From positions 1 through 37,839 of IMG/VR virus record IMGVR_UViG_3300017589_000221: a DNA stretch of 37,839 bases. The stretch is one strand, 5' to 3'. Below, in pieces: positions 14,837 to 24,106 of this stretch. This DNA is from a virus. Taxonomy: Duplodnaviria > Caudoviricetes. The position numbers and the translations under genes were made by a program. Under the pieces are notes generated by a model, which worked only from the letters and a program-made list of their open reading frames with translations, ran no database searches and was not told where the DNA came from. Each line of letters opens with the position of its first letter. The first letter of the stretch is position 1.

Positions 14837-16684
14837 GGCGAAGAAATTGAAGAAGATGCCAAAAAATTCAAAAACGAATCTGAGAAAGCAGCTGCTTTTG
14901 ATCGTTTGAAAAGCCAAATTGAAGGCATCGATCTATCTGCAAGTGACAATTCCGATGAAGGGAACGACACTGACGATACTGATATATCCGAACAATCGGA
15001 TAATACCGAGGGAAAGGTTTCGGTAACTGAGAAAAAGGTTCAAAAAATCATCGTCTCTAACAAAAATTTAAAAGCCCAGGTTGATACTATGAAAAACAAA
15101 GCTCTTCCGGATGCTCCGGAGGCCGCTGGCAAAACAGCTCTTATTGGCTTTGGCGGACCTCATACCGATACTCATTGTTTCGGGATTGATCACCCATTTT
15201 TTGCGGCTGAAAAGAGATGGAATAAAATAACCATCCATGGCCGTGCGTTTGCAGCGTTAAACGATGCCTCTGAAAAGGATTACGAAGACTTCAAGTCAGA
15301 AGTAAAAGCGTATGGCCTCAGAGTTAGTGCCAGGATGCAGGAACTACACGGACAGGGCCTTCTTAACAAAGAAATCCTTGCTTCTGAAGGGAGTATCGAT
15401 TATTCAAACCTGAAGCTTGCCGGTCTTGGCGAACAATATCTTGTTCGCAGAGAAGATGCTTTGATTTCAAGGATTCTTGCTCTTCCAAACGTATTTGACG
15501 TTTTCCCTCGTAGAAGTAACATTCAGGATGGCGAACTCATTACCAACGCATTTTTTGGGGAATTTTCTCAAGCATATCAATCAGGTGAACGCTCAAAAGG
15601 CGGAATGTCACTGGCTCCTGAGAAAGCAAAAGTACATGACGTGATGTTTAAATATCTCATCCCTTCATTCAAATGGATTGAGACATCATATCTGGGTTAC
15701 AAGAACACCAGCGGATCAGATTCTATCAAATGGAACCAGATCGAATGGATGTTACTTGAAATCGCTAAGGTTCTCCAGAACGAGCAAAACAGAAGATATG
15801 TACAAGGTTGCAGGGTTGAGCCTGTTGCTGGTGCCAATTCACATTATCTTTACGCATCAACCGGTGTTATTCACCGTCTGATCAGCTACATTGAAAACTT
15901 CCAGACACTCCCTTACGATGTCGACATTCTTAACACATATAATCAAACGAACATTGGTGATATGCTAGAAGCATTTGCTGATGAAGTATCTGAAGTTGTT
16001 GATTCATTTGCAGGTAAAGCAATTTATGTGAACGAAAAACATAAACCGTGGTACAAAGCCTGGTATCGTAAGCAATATGGTAAAGACATTGATTTTGCCG
16101 GGGAGCAAATGAAGCTTCTTAACCATGATTTGCCAATCATATTCGTTCCAAACATGGGTACAAGCATGTTTGTATGGATTACCGAAATTGGCAATATGCA
16201 AACCCTCGAAAATATTGTAGGAGAAATGTACAACACAAAATTCCAACAAAATTTGGAATCGGTGTGGGCATGGGCTCTCTGGAAAGAAGGAACATCAGCT
16301 GCTTATGCAGGAAAGAAATTTGCTACTCTGGCCGCTCTTGTTGCAAACGGAAGAAAGGATCAGGCAATATTCATCAACTACCCAGTTACCTTATTGGCCG
16401 CTGATGCAACTACCTGTGACGCAACCAAAAACTTCTTATTCAAAACGATTGCCAATACAGTTGCTACAGCAATAACTGACATCACCGATGCTCAGGAAGG
16501 TATTGTGTACAAAATCGAGATTGGAAGTGCGGCAAATGGTACCACAATTGCTAAGGCAGGTAAATTCTCTGAGCTATCAGAAGCATTTACAGCCGGAACA
16601 GTTGGTTCTTGGATCAAACTGATTTACGACAAAACAACCGGGAAATTCAAGGATATCGAAAGATTCGTTGTTGCTGCCGAGTAA
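14717..16684 (+). CDS. Major capsid protein with N-terminal scaffold-like region and C-terminal extra domain
   Basis: 655 aa directly after the S49 protease; acidic, coiled-coil N-terminus; followed by a strong terminator; call based on synteny. Confidence 0.78.
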   Translation: MFKKQLMKVLTTLKLVDKAKAKTLSADDIANIATAYKEEYGEEIEEDAKKFKNESEKAAAFDRLKSQIEGIDLSASDNSDEGNDTDDTDISEQSDNTEGKVSVTEKKVQKIIVSNKNLKAQVDTMKNKALPDAPEAAGKTALIGFGGPHTDTHCFGIDHPFFAAEKRWNKITIHGRAFAALNDASEKDYEDFKSEVKAYGLRVSARMQELHGQGLLNKEILASEGSIDYSNLKLAGLGEQYLVRREDALISRILALPNVFDVFPRRSNIQDGELITNAFFGEFSQAYQSGERSKGGMSLAPEKAKVHDVMFKYLIPSFKWIETSYLGYKNTSGSDSIKWNQIEWMLLEIAKVLQNEQNRRYVQGCRVEPVAGANSHYLYASTGVIHRLISYIENFQTLPYDVDILNTYNQTNIGDMLEAFADEVSEVVDSFAGKAIYVNEKHKPWYKAWYRKQYGKDIDFAGEQMKLLNHDLPIIFVPNMGTSMFVWITEIGNMQTLENIVGEMYNTKFQQNLESVWAWALWKEGTSAAYAGKKFATLAALVANGRKDQAIFINYPVTLLAADATTCDATKNFLFKTIANTVATAITDITDAQEGIVYKIEIGSAANGTTIAKAGKFSELSEAFTAGTVGSWIKLIYDKTTGKFKDIERFVVAAE

Positions 16685-16693
16685 TTAAAAATT

Positions 16694-16717
16694 GAAAGGG
16701 GAGGAGCCTCCCCTTTC
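16694..16717 (+). terminator. Terminator after the capsid gene
   Basis: GAAAGGGGAGG / CCTCCCCTTTC 11-bp inverted repeat. Confidence 0.8.
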
Positions 16718-16733
16718 TTAAAACTTTTTTATC

Positions 16734-17705
16734 ATGAAAAATTTAAATTACATTTTTAATAAGCGACTTGCCGGTATTCTTTCAATTGTTTTGCTTGTAA
16801 TAGCGGTTTTTGGGGCCTGTTTTCTTATTGATACGGGGCAAAGTATCTATGAAGCAATTGGCCTCGCAGGAACAGGATGCACTTACGCTGTAATGGCTGT
16901 TGTTGGAAACATCAATAGAGCTACAGATAAGGAAACTTCGGGGTCTCAAATAGTCTCAAAAGTTTGGCTGATTGCATTGGATCAAATTAATGATTTAGTC
17001 GCATTTCCACAAGCGAATGCAAATAGAGAATTAGCTACAATACCGCTGAAAGCCGGAGAGCATATGCATTACTTTGAGGCTATTGATAATTCTCTTGATG
17101 ATAAGTCGAGTGGAGCAAAAGGGGATATAACGACAGCAGTAACAAATACATTCTCGTTTATCGTTGGAGGTTCGAAAGCGGCACTACTTAATTTTTTAGA
17201 AAATCATCCGGGAGACAGGTTTATTATCATTTACCAGCTGGCAGACGATAGAACTTATCACGTCCTTGGCTCGGATCTCAAGCCAATGATCCTTAAAAGC
17301 TTTGAACGTGTTAACGGTAAGGACTCCAGGTCAACTACTCTTACTTTCGAAAATAACCATTTTGCTCAGCCTAAGATATATGTTGGAGCAATCGTTAAAC
17401 AGGATCCAGTTCAGCTGGCCGCCGATGCAACTACAATTGGTTTTACATCAGCTCCACAGTATTTAACCGGTGCCAATACAGTTGCAACAGCGATCGCTAC
17501 GTTTACCGGGTTAACCTCGGCCGATGAAGGGCGTTTAATTGAAGTTATAGGTGGTGGTGGTCCGAATGCTTCTACGATTGCAGAAGTTGCCGGTATTGTC
17601 CTTAAAAGCGCCGAAACATGGATAGGTAATTTGGGTAGCTCTATAATTTTTAGAGTACTTGATTCCGGGACTCTTGTCGAGATCAGCCGAACACAGGCCG
17701 TTTAA
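16734..17705 (+). CDS. Probable major tail tube protein with N-terminal hydrophobic leader
   Basis: Beta-rich core, followed by a frameshifted chaperone-like pair; N-terminal TM-like segment; alternative ATG at 16893. Confidence 0.6.
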   Translation: MKNLNYIFNKRLAGILSIVLLVIAVFGACFLIDTGQSIYEAIGLAGTGCTYAVMAVVGNINRATDKETSGSQIVSKVWLIALDQINDLVAFPQANANRELATIPLKAGEHMHYFEAIDNSLDDKSSGAKGDITTAVTNTFSFIVGGSKAALLNFLENHPGDRFIIIYQLADDRTYHVLGSDLKPMILKSFERVNGKDSRSTTLTFENNHFAQPKIYVGAIVKQDPVQLAADATTIGFTSAPQYLTGANTVATAIATFTGLTSADEGRLIEVIGGGGPNASTIAEVAGIVLKSAETWIGNLGSSIIFRVLDSGTLVEISRTQAV

Positions 17706-17712
17706 TTTAACC

Positions 17713-17730
17713 GGGGGCTTAAATGCCCCC
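17713..17730 (+). terminator. Short GC hairpin after the tube gene
   Basis: GGGGGC-TTAAAT-GCCCCC. Confidence 0.5.
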
Positions 17731-17745
17731 TTAATACTAAATCGT

Positions 17746-18168
17746 ATGTTAACATATCGTGAGAAAACAACTGTCAGTAATGAGTTGAAAAACGACAATA
17801 TGATCGATAAAGATCGTGAGTTGCTGGCTAAGCATAGCCCGACTTCTTCACTATTGCATCGTTCAGTTACCGGATCCAGATCAGATACTCTCTCTTTTGA
17901 GATTATCTATGCGTTGCTTGAAGTAACGACAAAAGAAGAAATTCTTTCAAACAGAAAAAAAATCGCTTCTCCTGCAACAACTATCCATAAAACGACTCCT
18001 CGCAATAAAGAAGGAAAAGCTTCAAGCTCAAAAGCAAAAGGCCAGAACGTAAAAACCGGTGAAGAAAAAAAAAGCTCTCCAAAGCCGAGGAATACCAAAA
18101 CATCGACTGGGAAAGACTTGAAAACCCCGACATCCAGCGAGCCGAGCTCATCTTCAGCGACCGAATAA
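17746..18168 (+). CDS. Tail assembly chaperone-like protein, short form (140 aa)
   Basis: ATG 17746; A9 run at 18065-18073; low-complexity Ser/Lys tail after the run. Confidence 0.6.
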   Translation: MLTYREKTTVSNELKNDNMIDKDRELLAKHSPTSSLLHRSVTGSRSDTLSFEIIYALLEVTTKEEILSNRKKIASPATTIHKTTPRNKEGKASSSKAKGQNVKTGEEKKSSPKPRNTKTSTGKDLKTPTSSEPSSSSATE

Positions 18169-18587
18169 ATACATTCAAAAGGCTTCAGCTTTTAGAACAG
18201 GAATTAGAAAAGCATCCGACAGAAAGTATAATTACTCAGTTTGTTGAGACTTCGATAAGAAATAAATTATGTTTTGATGAACTTCTCAGTTTTAACAATA
18301 CCGGAAAGTTTTTGAATAAACACTCACTTATTAAAGTCGATACTCTTCAAAAAGAACTTACTGAATTATTATATACAGATCCGGATGCTTTTTTGGTTGA
18401 GCATAAAAATAATACTTTAAATATCAGCCGCTATTCGAGTTTTATTAAATCCTCAAAATATACTGCTGAACAAAAAGAAGGATATAGTACAGCTCTACAA
18501 AAATTCCAGGAACGACAGGAATTATTTTTGACAATTCTTAAAGACTCTATTTATGCAAAATCCTCGGACATATACAAAAGAGATTGA
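17746..18587 (+). CDS. -1 frameshift fusion product (about 280 aa), chaperone long form
   Basis: The -1 frame is open from the A AAA AAA heptamer (18066-18072) through KLSKAEEYQNIDWERLENPD... into ORF 18312..18587, with no ATG in that stretch. Confidence 0.75.
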
Positions 18588-18873
18588 AGAGAAAGTTGTT
18601 TCGGCAGCAATGAACCAATCAACTCCTACCCAGATTTGCGTGCTTTTGGGCTTATCCGGGATAGATCGCGCAAATTTCATAACAGACATAACCAACACTT
18701 CGCACCCTCTTGGACGGGCTTATAATGAAGCATTGAAGGAAGGTCTTGACGACGTTGATTCAATCCTTCATCTAAGTGCTCTTAAAGGGGATATTGATGC
18801 CGTTATCTGTATTGAAAAGAAAAAAGAAAAGGATTATATGTCCGAGTTGAGATTTAACTTATTTGGATTATGA
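18553..18873 (+). CDS. Hypothetical HTH-like protein of the packaging module
   Basis: TPTQICVLLGLS HTH-like segment; two genes upstream of the large terminase. Confidence 0.65.
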   Translation: MQNPRTYTKEIEEKVVSAAMNQSTPTQICVLLGLSGIDRANFITDITNTSHPLGRAYNEALKEGLDDVDSILHLSALKGDIDAVICIEKKKEKDYMSELRFNLFGL

Positions 18874-19511
18874 ATCGTTTAGATCAACTGCAATGCCTTG
18901 AGCCGTCTGTGCTCCAAAATTTTTTAGAGACAAAAGTAAGCCGGGCTATTTCTAAAGAGTTGCAGGAATATATTATTCGCATAAATGCTGTTCCGGCAAT
19001 CATTCACTATAATGGAGCTTCTGTTACAAAAGCGACTAAACTTTTGATGCAGCAATTCAAAGGGCTTACCTACAGTGAAGCCAGAAGTATCTATTATGAT
19101 GCACTTAATTTTTTTTATATAGATGATAATGTTTCTTCAGATGCCTGGGATAATTATTATGCCGAAAAAATAGAGGATCTGGCCCGTTATTCAATTGGAG
19201 TGAACCGCCCAGATGTTGCGCTGAAAGCCTATTTGGAAGCACATCGCCTTAAGGTTCGAAATACAGATCGGATTAAACCTGGCGATTGGAAACCACCAAT
19301 TTTTATTATAAATAATAAAGTAAAACCGGAAGATCTCGGCTATGAAAAACAGAGTATTTATGAAATTAATCGTAAGGCAGAAAGCGGTTATTATTCAAAA
19401 TTAATCAATTCATTGCCTATCACTGAAAAGGAAAGAATACGTTTAAGACAAGAAGCAGAAATACAAGATATTGACTATGAAGAGCCAGCCGAAGGACCAG
19501 ACGGAGAATAA
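18870..19511 (+). CDS. Candidate terminase small subunit
   Basis: 213-aa helical protein overlapping the terL start; call based on synteny only. Confidence 0.5.
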   Translation: MNRLDQLQCLEPSVLQNFLETKVSRAISKELQEYIIRINAVPAIIHYNGASVTKATKLLMQQFKGLTYSEARSIYYDALNFFYIDDNVSSDAWDNYYAEKIEDLARYSIGVNRPDVALKAYLEAHRLKVRNTDRIKPGDWKPPIFIINNKVKPEDLGYEKQSIYEINRKAESGYYSKLINSLPITEKERIRLRQEAEIQDIDYEEPAEGPDGE

Positions 19512-21195
19512 CGAATCATTCAATGAAATGTATGCCAATAATATGCAGTTGCAATCTGCAATTATTGATCCTAATATACTAATAGTAGAAGGGGGGCGTG
19601 GAGTCGGAAAAACAGAAGGAGTAATAGGACCTCGCTCAATTAACGTAGCTGCTGATATGCCTCAGGAGACATCAATTTTTGCCCATAAAACATATGTTTC
19701 TCTGATGACTAATGTAATCCCAAACCTTTTGGCATACTACAATACACCTAGAGGGATAAAACAAGAGCCATTACTGAAGGAAGGGCTTGATTATGTAGTA
19801 GCAAAAAAGGATCTTCCCAGCCACTTTAAACGGCCAAAATATCCGCTGACAGATCCGGAGCGCACCATCGTTTTTGCAGATGGGCATAACTTCCGATTAG
19901 CTGCTACCGATCAGGGAGAGAGTATCGCCGGTTCAAATGCTGTACATGGATTCTTAGAAGAGATGAAACACAACAAAGGGGACAAAATTAAAGCAAGAAT
20001 AATTCCGGCTCTAAGAATTGGTCGTATGGCAAAAGGAAGCCAGGACATTGTTAAATCACATTATTATGGTGGTATTACCGGTGTATCTGATACCGCCCTT
20101 ATCTCTTTAGGTGAAGATTCCTGGTTCAATGAGTATGAGAAAAATGTAGACCATAAGCGTTTAGCCGAAATTGTGTCATTGTCTTTACATATTCAAAAGG
20201 CTATGTATAATGTCGTTTGTGGCATTGCCGTTGAAAAAAATCAAAGAGTGATTGATAAAAATAAAGCAATTTTGAGAGACATGAGGCATTCGGCTACATT
20301 ATATATAAAAGTAAGTTCGTTTATCAATAGAGAAGCTTTAGGTCCTCAGTTTTTTAAAACTCAGAAGGAGATTTTGAGTACTTCAGAATTTTTAGCCTCA
20401 ATCTGTTCTATCCGGGATCGTGTAACAGAAGACATGTTCTTCTCTCTGTATAATGAAGAAAAACACACATTTGATGATTCATATAAATACGATTCAATTT
20501 TAAAATTTAACCTGAATGACTCATTTAAGTTAGATTCCAGCTATCTAAAACACTATAATCCAAATGAAAAACTTGAACTTGGATATGACCCCGGTAGTTT
20601 TGCCTCATTAGTTGCTGCTCAAGAAGATAAAAAATTGAATACACTCAAAATTATCAAAGAACTCTTCGTCTATTCACCTGAAGATATCCCCGATTTGGCT
20701 AGAAAATTCAATGCATTTTTCTCTTCCCGCCGAAATAATCATATCGACTTATATTATGACCGTGCGGGGAACAAAAAAGATGCGAAAAGGTCAAAAGAAA
20801 CCGATGCAAAAGAGTTAAAGTCTGAGCTTGAGAAGCATGGCTGGATAGTTCGCCTTATGAATATCAATCAGAGGACAATTTATCACTGGGAACACTACAA
20901 ATTGTTCATGCGCATATTGAGTAATGCGGAAAGAATGGTTCCCAGGCTCCTTATTGATTCAAATGAATGCCCAAATCTTAATTCGGCAATGTTTGCATGT
21001 AAAAAAATCCCCGGTTCGACTCCCATTGAACTTGATAAATCACCTGAAAAAAAGCTTCCATTGAATCTTCAACCCGGATTATCTCCTCAAATTCCATCCG
21101 CATTGATGTATTTAGTGTTTGGAAAGTACGAACGCTTTTTACCATCATCAGATTATTACAATTTCCCAGTGCTTCCAAACAATGTTTGCATGTAA
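19477..21195 (+). CDS. terL: Terminase large subunit
   Basis: Walker A GGRGVGKT, Walker B-like GFLEE, nuclease motifs LGYDPG and YYDRAG. Confidence 0.88.
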   Translation: MKSQPKDQTENNESFNEMYANNMQLQSAIIDPNILIVEGGRGVGKTEGVIGPRSINVAADMPQETSIFAHKTYVSLMTNVIPNLLAYYNTPRGIKQEPLLKEGLDYVVAKKDLPSHFKRPKYPLTDPERTIVFADGHNFRLAATDQGESIAGSNAVHGFLEEMKHNKGDKIKARIIPALRIGRMAKGSQDIVKSHYYGGITGVSDTALISLGEDSWFNEYEKNVDHKRLAEIVSLSLHIQKAMYNVVCGIAVEKNQRVIDKNKAILRDMRHSATLYIKVSSFINREALGPQFFKTQKEILSTSEFLASICSIRDRVTEDMFFSLYNEEKHTFDDSYKYDSILKFNLNDSFKLDSSYLKHYNPNEKLELGYDPGSFASLVAAQEDKKLNTLKIIKELFVYSPEDIPDLARKFNAFFSSRRNNHIDLYYDRAGNKKDAKRSKETDAKELKSELEKHGWIVRLMNINQRTIYHWEHYKLFMRILSNAERMVPRLLIDSNECPNLNSAMFACKKIPGSTPIELDKSPEKKLPLNLQPGLSPQIPSALMYLVFGKYERFLPSSDYYNFPVLPNNVCM

Positions 21196-21469
21196 AAAAT
21201 CAATGTTGGCAGTATAGTTTGTTTCTAAATCATATTTAATACTCAATCAATCAATTACATAGCCCAAAACGACCCCAAAAAGGGCGTTTTGCTGCGACGA
21301 TAACCTGCGGCTCCGCTCTTTCGGTTAGAATACGTGCAGCTCCCCAAAAAGACGGAAATATGATTCAGTCAGGCAGTTATGAAACAATGTCGAGCATCAA
21401 TCAAATAATAAGGATTTAGAAAGTTGACGGGCATTAATAAATATGTTGGAGGCTGCATTGCAAATCTAT

Positions 21470-21504
21470 GTCCTTTAACTCCTCTTTGTGTAGTAATACA
21501 TTTG
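21470..21504 (+). promoter_or_regulatory. Candidate late promoter 2 (GTCCTTT-N24-TTTG)
   Basis: GTCCTTT 21470-21476 and TAcaTTTG 21497-21504, 6 nt before ATG 21511. Confidence 0.7.
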
Positions 21505-21510
21505 TGATGC

Positions 21511-21816
21511 ATGGATACTATAAATGGACATATTGCCTTAAAAACAGCCGAAGACATTAGCCGGGCCGGAGGGACATTTACAATCTCTTTTTATAAATAC
21601 TCAAGAGCAAAGAAAACTACCTCTTCAGTTTTAAAAACTTATGCAAACTGCCGGGTTAGAAGGCAATTGCCACATGAGAAATTTAGCATTGACGGATCAA
21701 ACTTCTTTCTCTTTGAAACCGATAGTGAGCCCCGGATGTGTTATAAGGTACTCATTAGATTTATAGGCTTTCCCTCTGATGAATTTAAATTAAAAAGAGT
21801 TATATGGTATGAATAA
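21511..21816 (+). CDS. Hypothetical phage protein preceding the portal
   Basis: 101-aa basic ORF overlapping the portal start. Confidence 0.7.
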   Translation: MDTINGHIALKTAEDISRAGGTFTISFYKYSRAKKTTSSVLKTYANCRVRRQLPHEKFSIDGSNFFLFETDSEPRMCYKVLIRFIGFPSDEFKLKRVIWYE

Positions 21817-23257
21817 GTTTGGAATAGTTAGAAATGGAGGACATAGCTACAGCTACCAGATTGGGGCTATATCTTTTGATCAGGGAGAAGGATCCTCTGC
21901 CGCGAGGATTGCTCTTGTAAGAACAGATGGATATAATGTTTATCCTTATGGAGTAAATAATCTTGAGCCTAATGAGGCAAAGGAAATGATTTCTGCAAAC
22001 CGGCTATTACCTGAATTAATAGAAAAACAGATCCGGATGCTGTATGGTAGAGGACCGGTACTATATAAGAACATTATATCTGAAGATGGCGAATTTAAAC
22101 GACAGTATCTACAAGATAGCGAAATTGAACAGTGTCTCGACTCCTGGCAATCAAACGGACTGGCGGATGACTATAAAACATATCTCAACAAATGCATTCG
22201 GAGTTTTTATTATTCTGAGGGGATATTTACGAAATGGAGATTGTCTGCCGGTTCTTTAATCAGAAAAGGATATCCGGTTACCGGATTAGAGCACGTATCA
22301 GAACTCCGGGCCAGGTTAGCGACTACACGTGACATTTTTAATCGTACGGATTTCGAAGATTCAGAATTTGATAAGGTTCTCGTTGGTTCGTGGGATGGTG
22401 GTAAAAGCAGGGATTATAAAGCATATGCCAGGTTTGATTATGGTAACCCCCTTGCTTATGCCAGCGCTATTTCCTATTCAAAGAATCCGAGCCATGGTGA
22501 GGAAATTTATTCTTATAATGTTTTCTTTCGAGGGATAAAAGATTGGGTTAAAGGGTCAAACTTAACTCCTCGTTATATCAATAGCTTCTTAGAAGGCTCA
22601 ATGTCTGCCCGACAACATATTGTCATTCCAGATTCATGGGTTAAATCGAAGGAAAATATGCTGATGGAGATATGTGAGAGGAATGCGGAATTAAAAGCAG
22701 CAGGGAAAGAACTTCAGAAGATATATTTTTCAGAGACAGATGTAATGGAAGTTGGCTCTGAATATAATGCCGGATTACTATCGGACTTCATAACCAGAGA
22801 GATAAAGAAGTTTACAAGTTTTCTCTCCGGTGCAGGTAAAAATCAGGGTAAAGTTTATGTCACGTTTTCCCATACAAATCAAAAGGGAGAAGAAGAGAGA
22901 TGGAAGATTGAAGAGGTTCCGCAGAAATATAAAGAGTTCATTGAAGCTCTCACATCATATGATAAAAGAGCTGATGAAGTAATCACATCTGCCAAGGGGA
23001 TTGATTCATCAATTTCAAATATTTCGAAGGACGGAGTTATCTCTAAAAGTGGCTCGGATGTTTTCTATAATTATATGATTTATATGTTAAGCCTTCCAAT
23101 TCCGGAAGAAGTAGTTTGCAAAAATTTAAACTTATATCTCAAAATCAACTTCCAAAAGAAGTATTCCGAAGGAATAAGGATAGGGTTTTACAGACCGGCT
23201 CTGGCTCTTCAGCAGGATACTAATCCGGATCAACGACTTGCTAATCAAAAACAATAA
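21809..23257 (+). CDS. Portal protein
   Basis: 482 aa; YGVNNLEP...LIEKQIRMLYGRG N-terminal pattern and SKSGSD near the C-terminus; located after terL. Confidence 0.78.
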   Translation: MNKFGIVRNGGHSYSYQIGAISFDQGEGSSAARIALVRTDGYNVYPYGVNNLEPNEAKEMISANRLLPELIEKQIRMLYGRGPVLYKNIISEDGEFKRQYLQDSEIEQCLDSWQSNGLADDYKTYLNKCIRSFYYSEGIFTKWRLSAGSLIRKGYPVTGLEHVSELRARLATTRDIFNRTDFEDSEFDKVLVGSWDGGKSRDYKAYARFDYGNPLAYASAISYSKNPSHGEEIYSYNVFFRGIKDWVKGSNLTPRYINSFLEGSMSARQHIVIPDSWVKSKENMLMEICERNAELKAAGKELQKIYFSETDVMEVGSEYNAGLLSDFITREIKKFTSFLSGAGKNQGKVYVTFSHTNQKGEEERWKIEEVPQKYKEFIEALTSYDKRADEVITSAKGIDSSISNISKDGVISKSGSDVFYNYMIYMLSLPIPEEVVCKNLNLYLKINFQKKYSEGIRIGFYRPALALQQDTNPDQRLANQKQ

Positions 23258-23262
23258 TTACA

Positions 23263-24105
23263 ATGGATTTTTTTACTGACATAGACGACTTTCGTAAGTA
23301 CGTAACAGGAGTTGAAGCTAGTTTGCGGTTTGAAGAACTATTCCCATCAATAACAGCTGCAAAAAAGAAGATAATCTCTACAATTGGAAAAGCTCGATGG
23401 GATGCACTTAAAGAACTTGATCCAGAGAATGAGGCATATCTAGCGATGAAGACAGCAATTGCAAATTGCGCCATGGATAAATATTTAATCTTTTGGTCAA
23501 CATCAAGAAATACATCTGAACAGAAATTATTTAAGTATCAATATAATGAATTAAAAGATGGATATATAACTGAGTTTTGGGCTGCCATGGATGTTGTAAT
23601 CGACTCTCTCGATACAAGCGGACTGGCGGACTGGAAAACCTCTCCGGAATATAAAGAGAGGCAAGAATTGATTATCAAAAGTGCTCATGAGTTTAATTAC
23701 TATTTCCAAATCGATGATTCTTCATATTTCTTTTCCAAAATCATGTTTTTGCTCCGGAAGGTTTCTGAAGACAACTTGAAAAGCAGGGTCGGCGAAATAT
23801 CCGATGCAACACCCCCAGCGTTATTGAAAAAAATCAAAAGGGCTCTTTGTTATGAGGTAATTTCTCAGGCAGTTATGCTCTTTGATATAACCGAATTGCC
23901 TAAATCGCTCAGAAACGATATCACGCATGAGTTTACAAAGTCCGGCAGTATGGTTCAGGTTCGAGAGAAGATATCTGCCAATTTAATGGTAGATGTTGAA
24001 AAATATTACGCTGAAATTGAGAATGAGAGGGCAATTTCATCCGGGAATCTAGGTGTAATAGTGAATCGAAACGAGGAAAAAAATTCATTTTATAGCACAA
24101 TGTAA
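23263..24105 (+). CDS. Head-tail adaptor-like protein (DUF6712-like)
   Basis: 280-aa helical protein directly after the portal. Confidence 0.55.
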   Translation: MDFFTDIDDFRKYVTGVEASLRFEELFPSITAAKKKIISTIGKARWDALKELDPENEAYLAMKTAIANCAMDKYLIFWSTSRNTSEQKLFKYQYNELKDGYITEFWAAMDVVIDSLDTSGLADWKTSPEYKERQELIIKSAHEFNYYFQIDDSSYFFSKIMFLLRKVSEDNLKSRVGEISDATPPALLKKIKRALCYEVISQAVMLFDITELPKSLRNDITHEFTKSGSMVQVREKISANLMVDVEKYYAEIENERAISSGNLGVIVNRNEEKNSFYSTM

Positions 24106-24106
24106 T

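Noticed and set aside
17659-17745. Upstream start for the chaperone ORF
   Set aside because: It would overlap the tube gene end and the GC hairpin; ATG 17746 fits better
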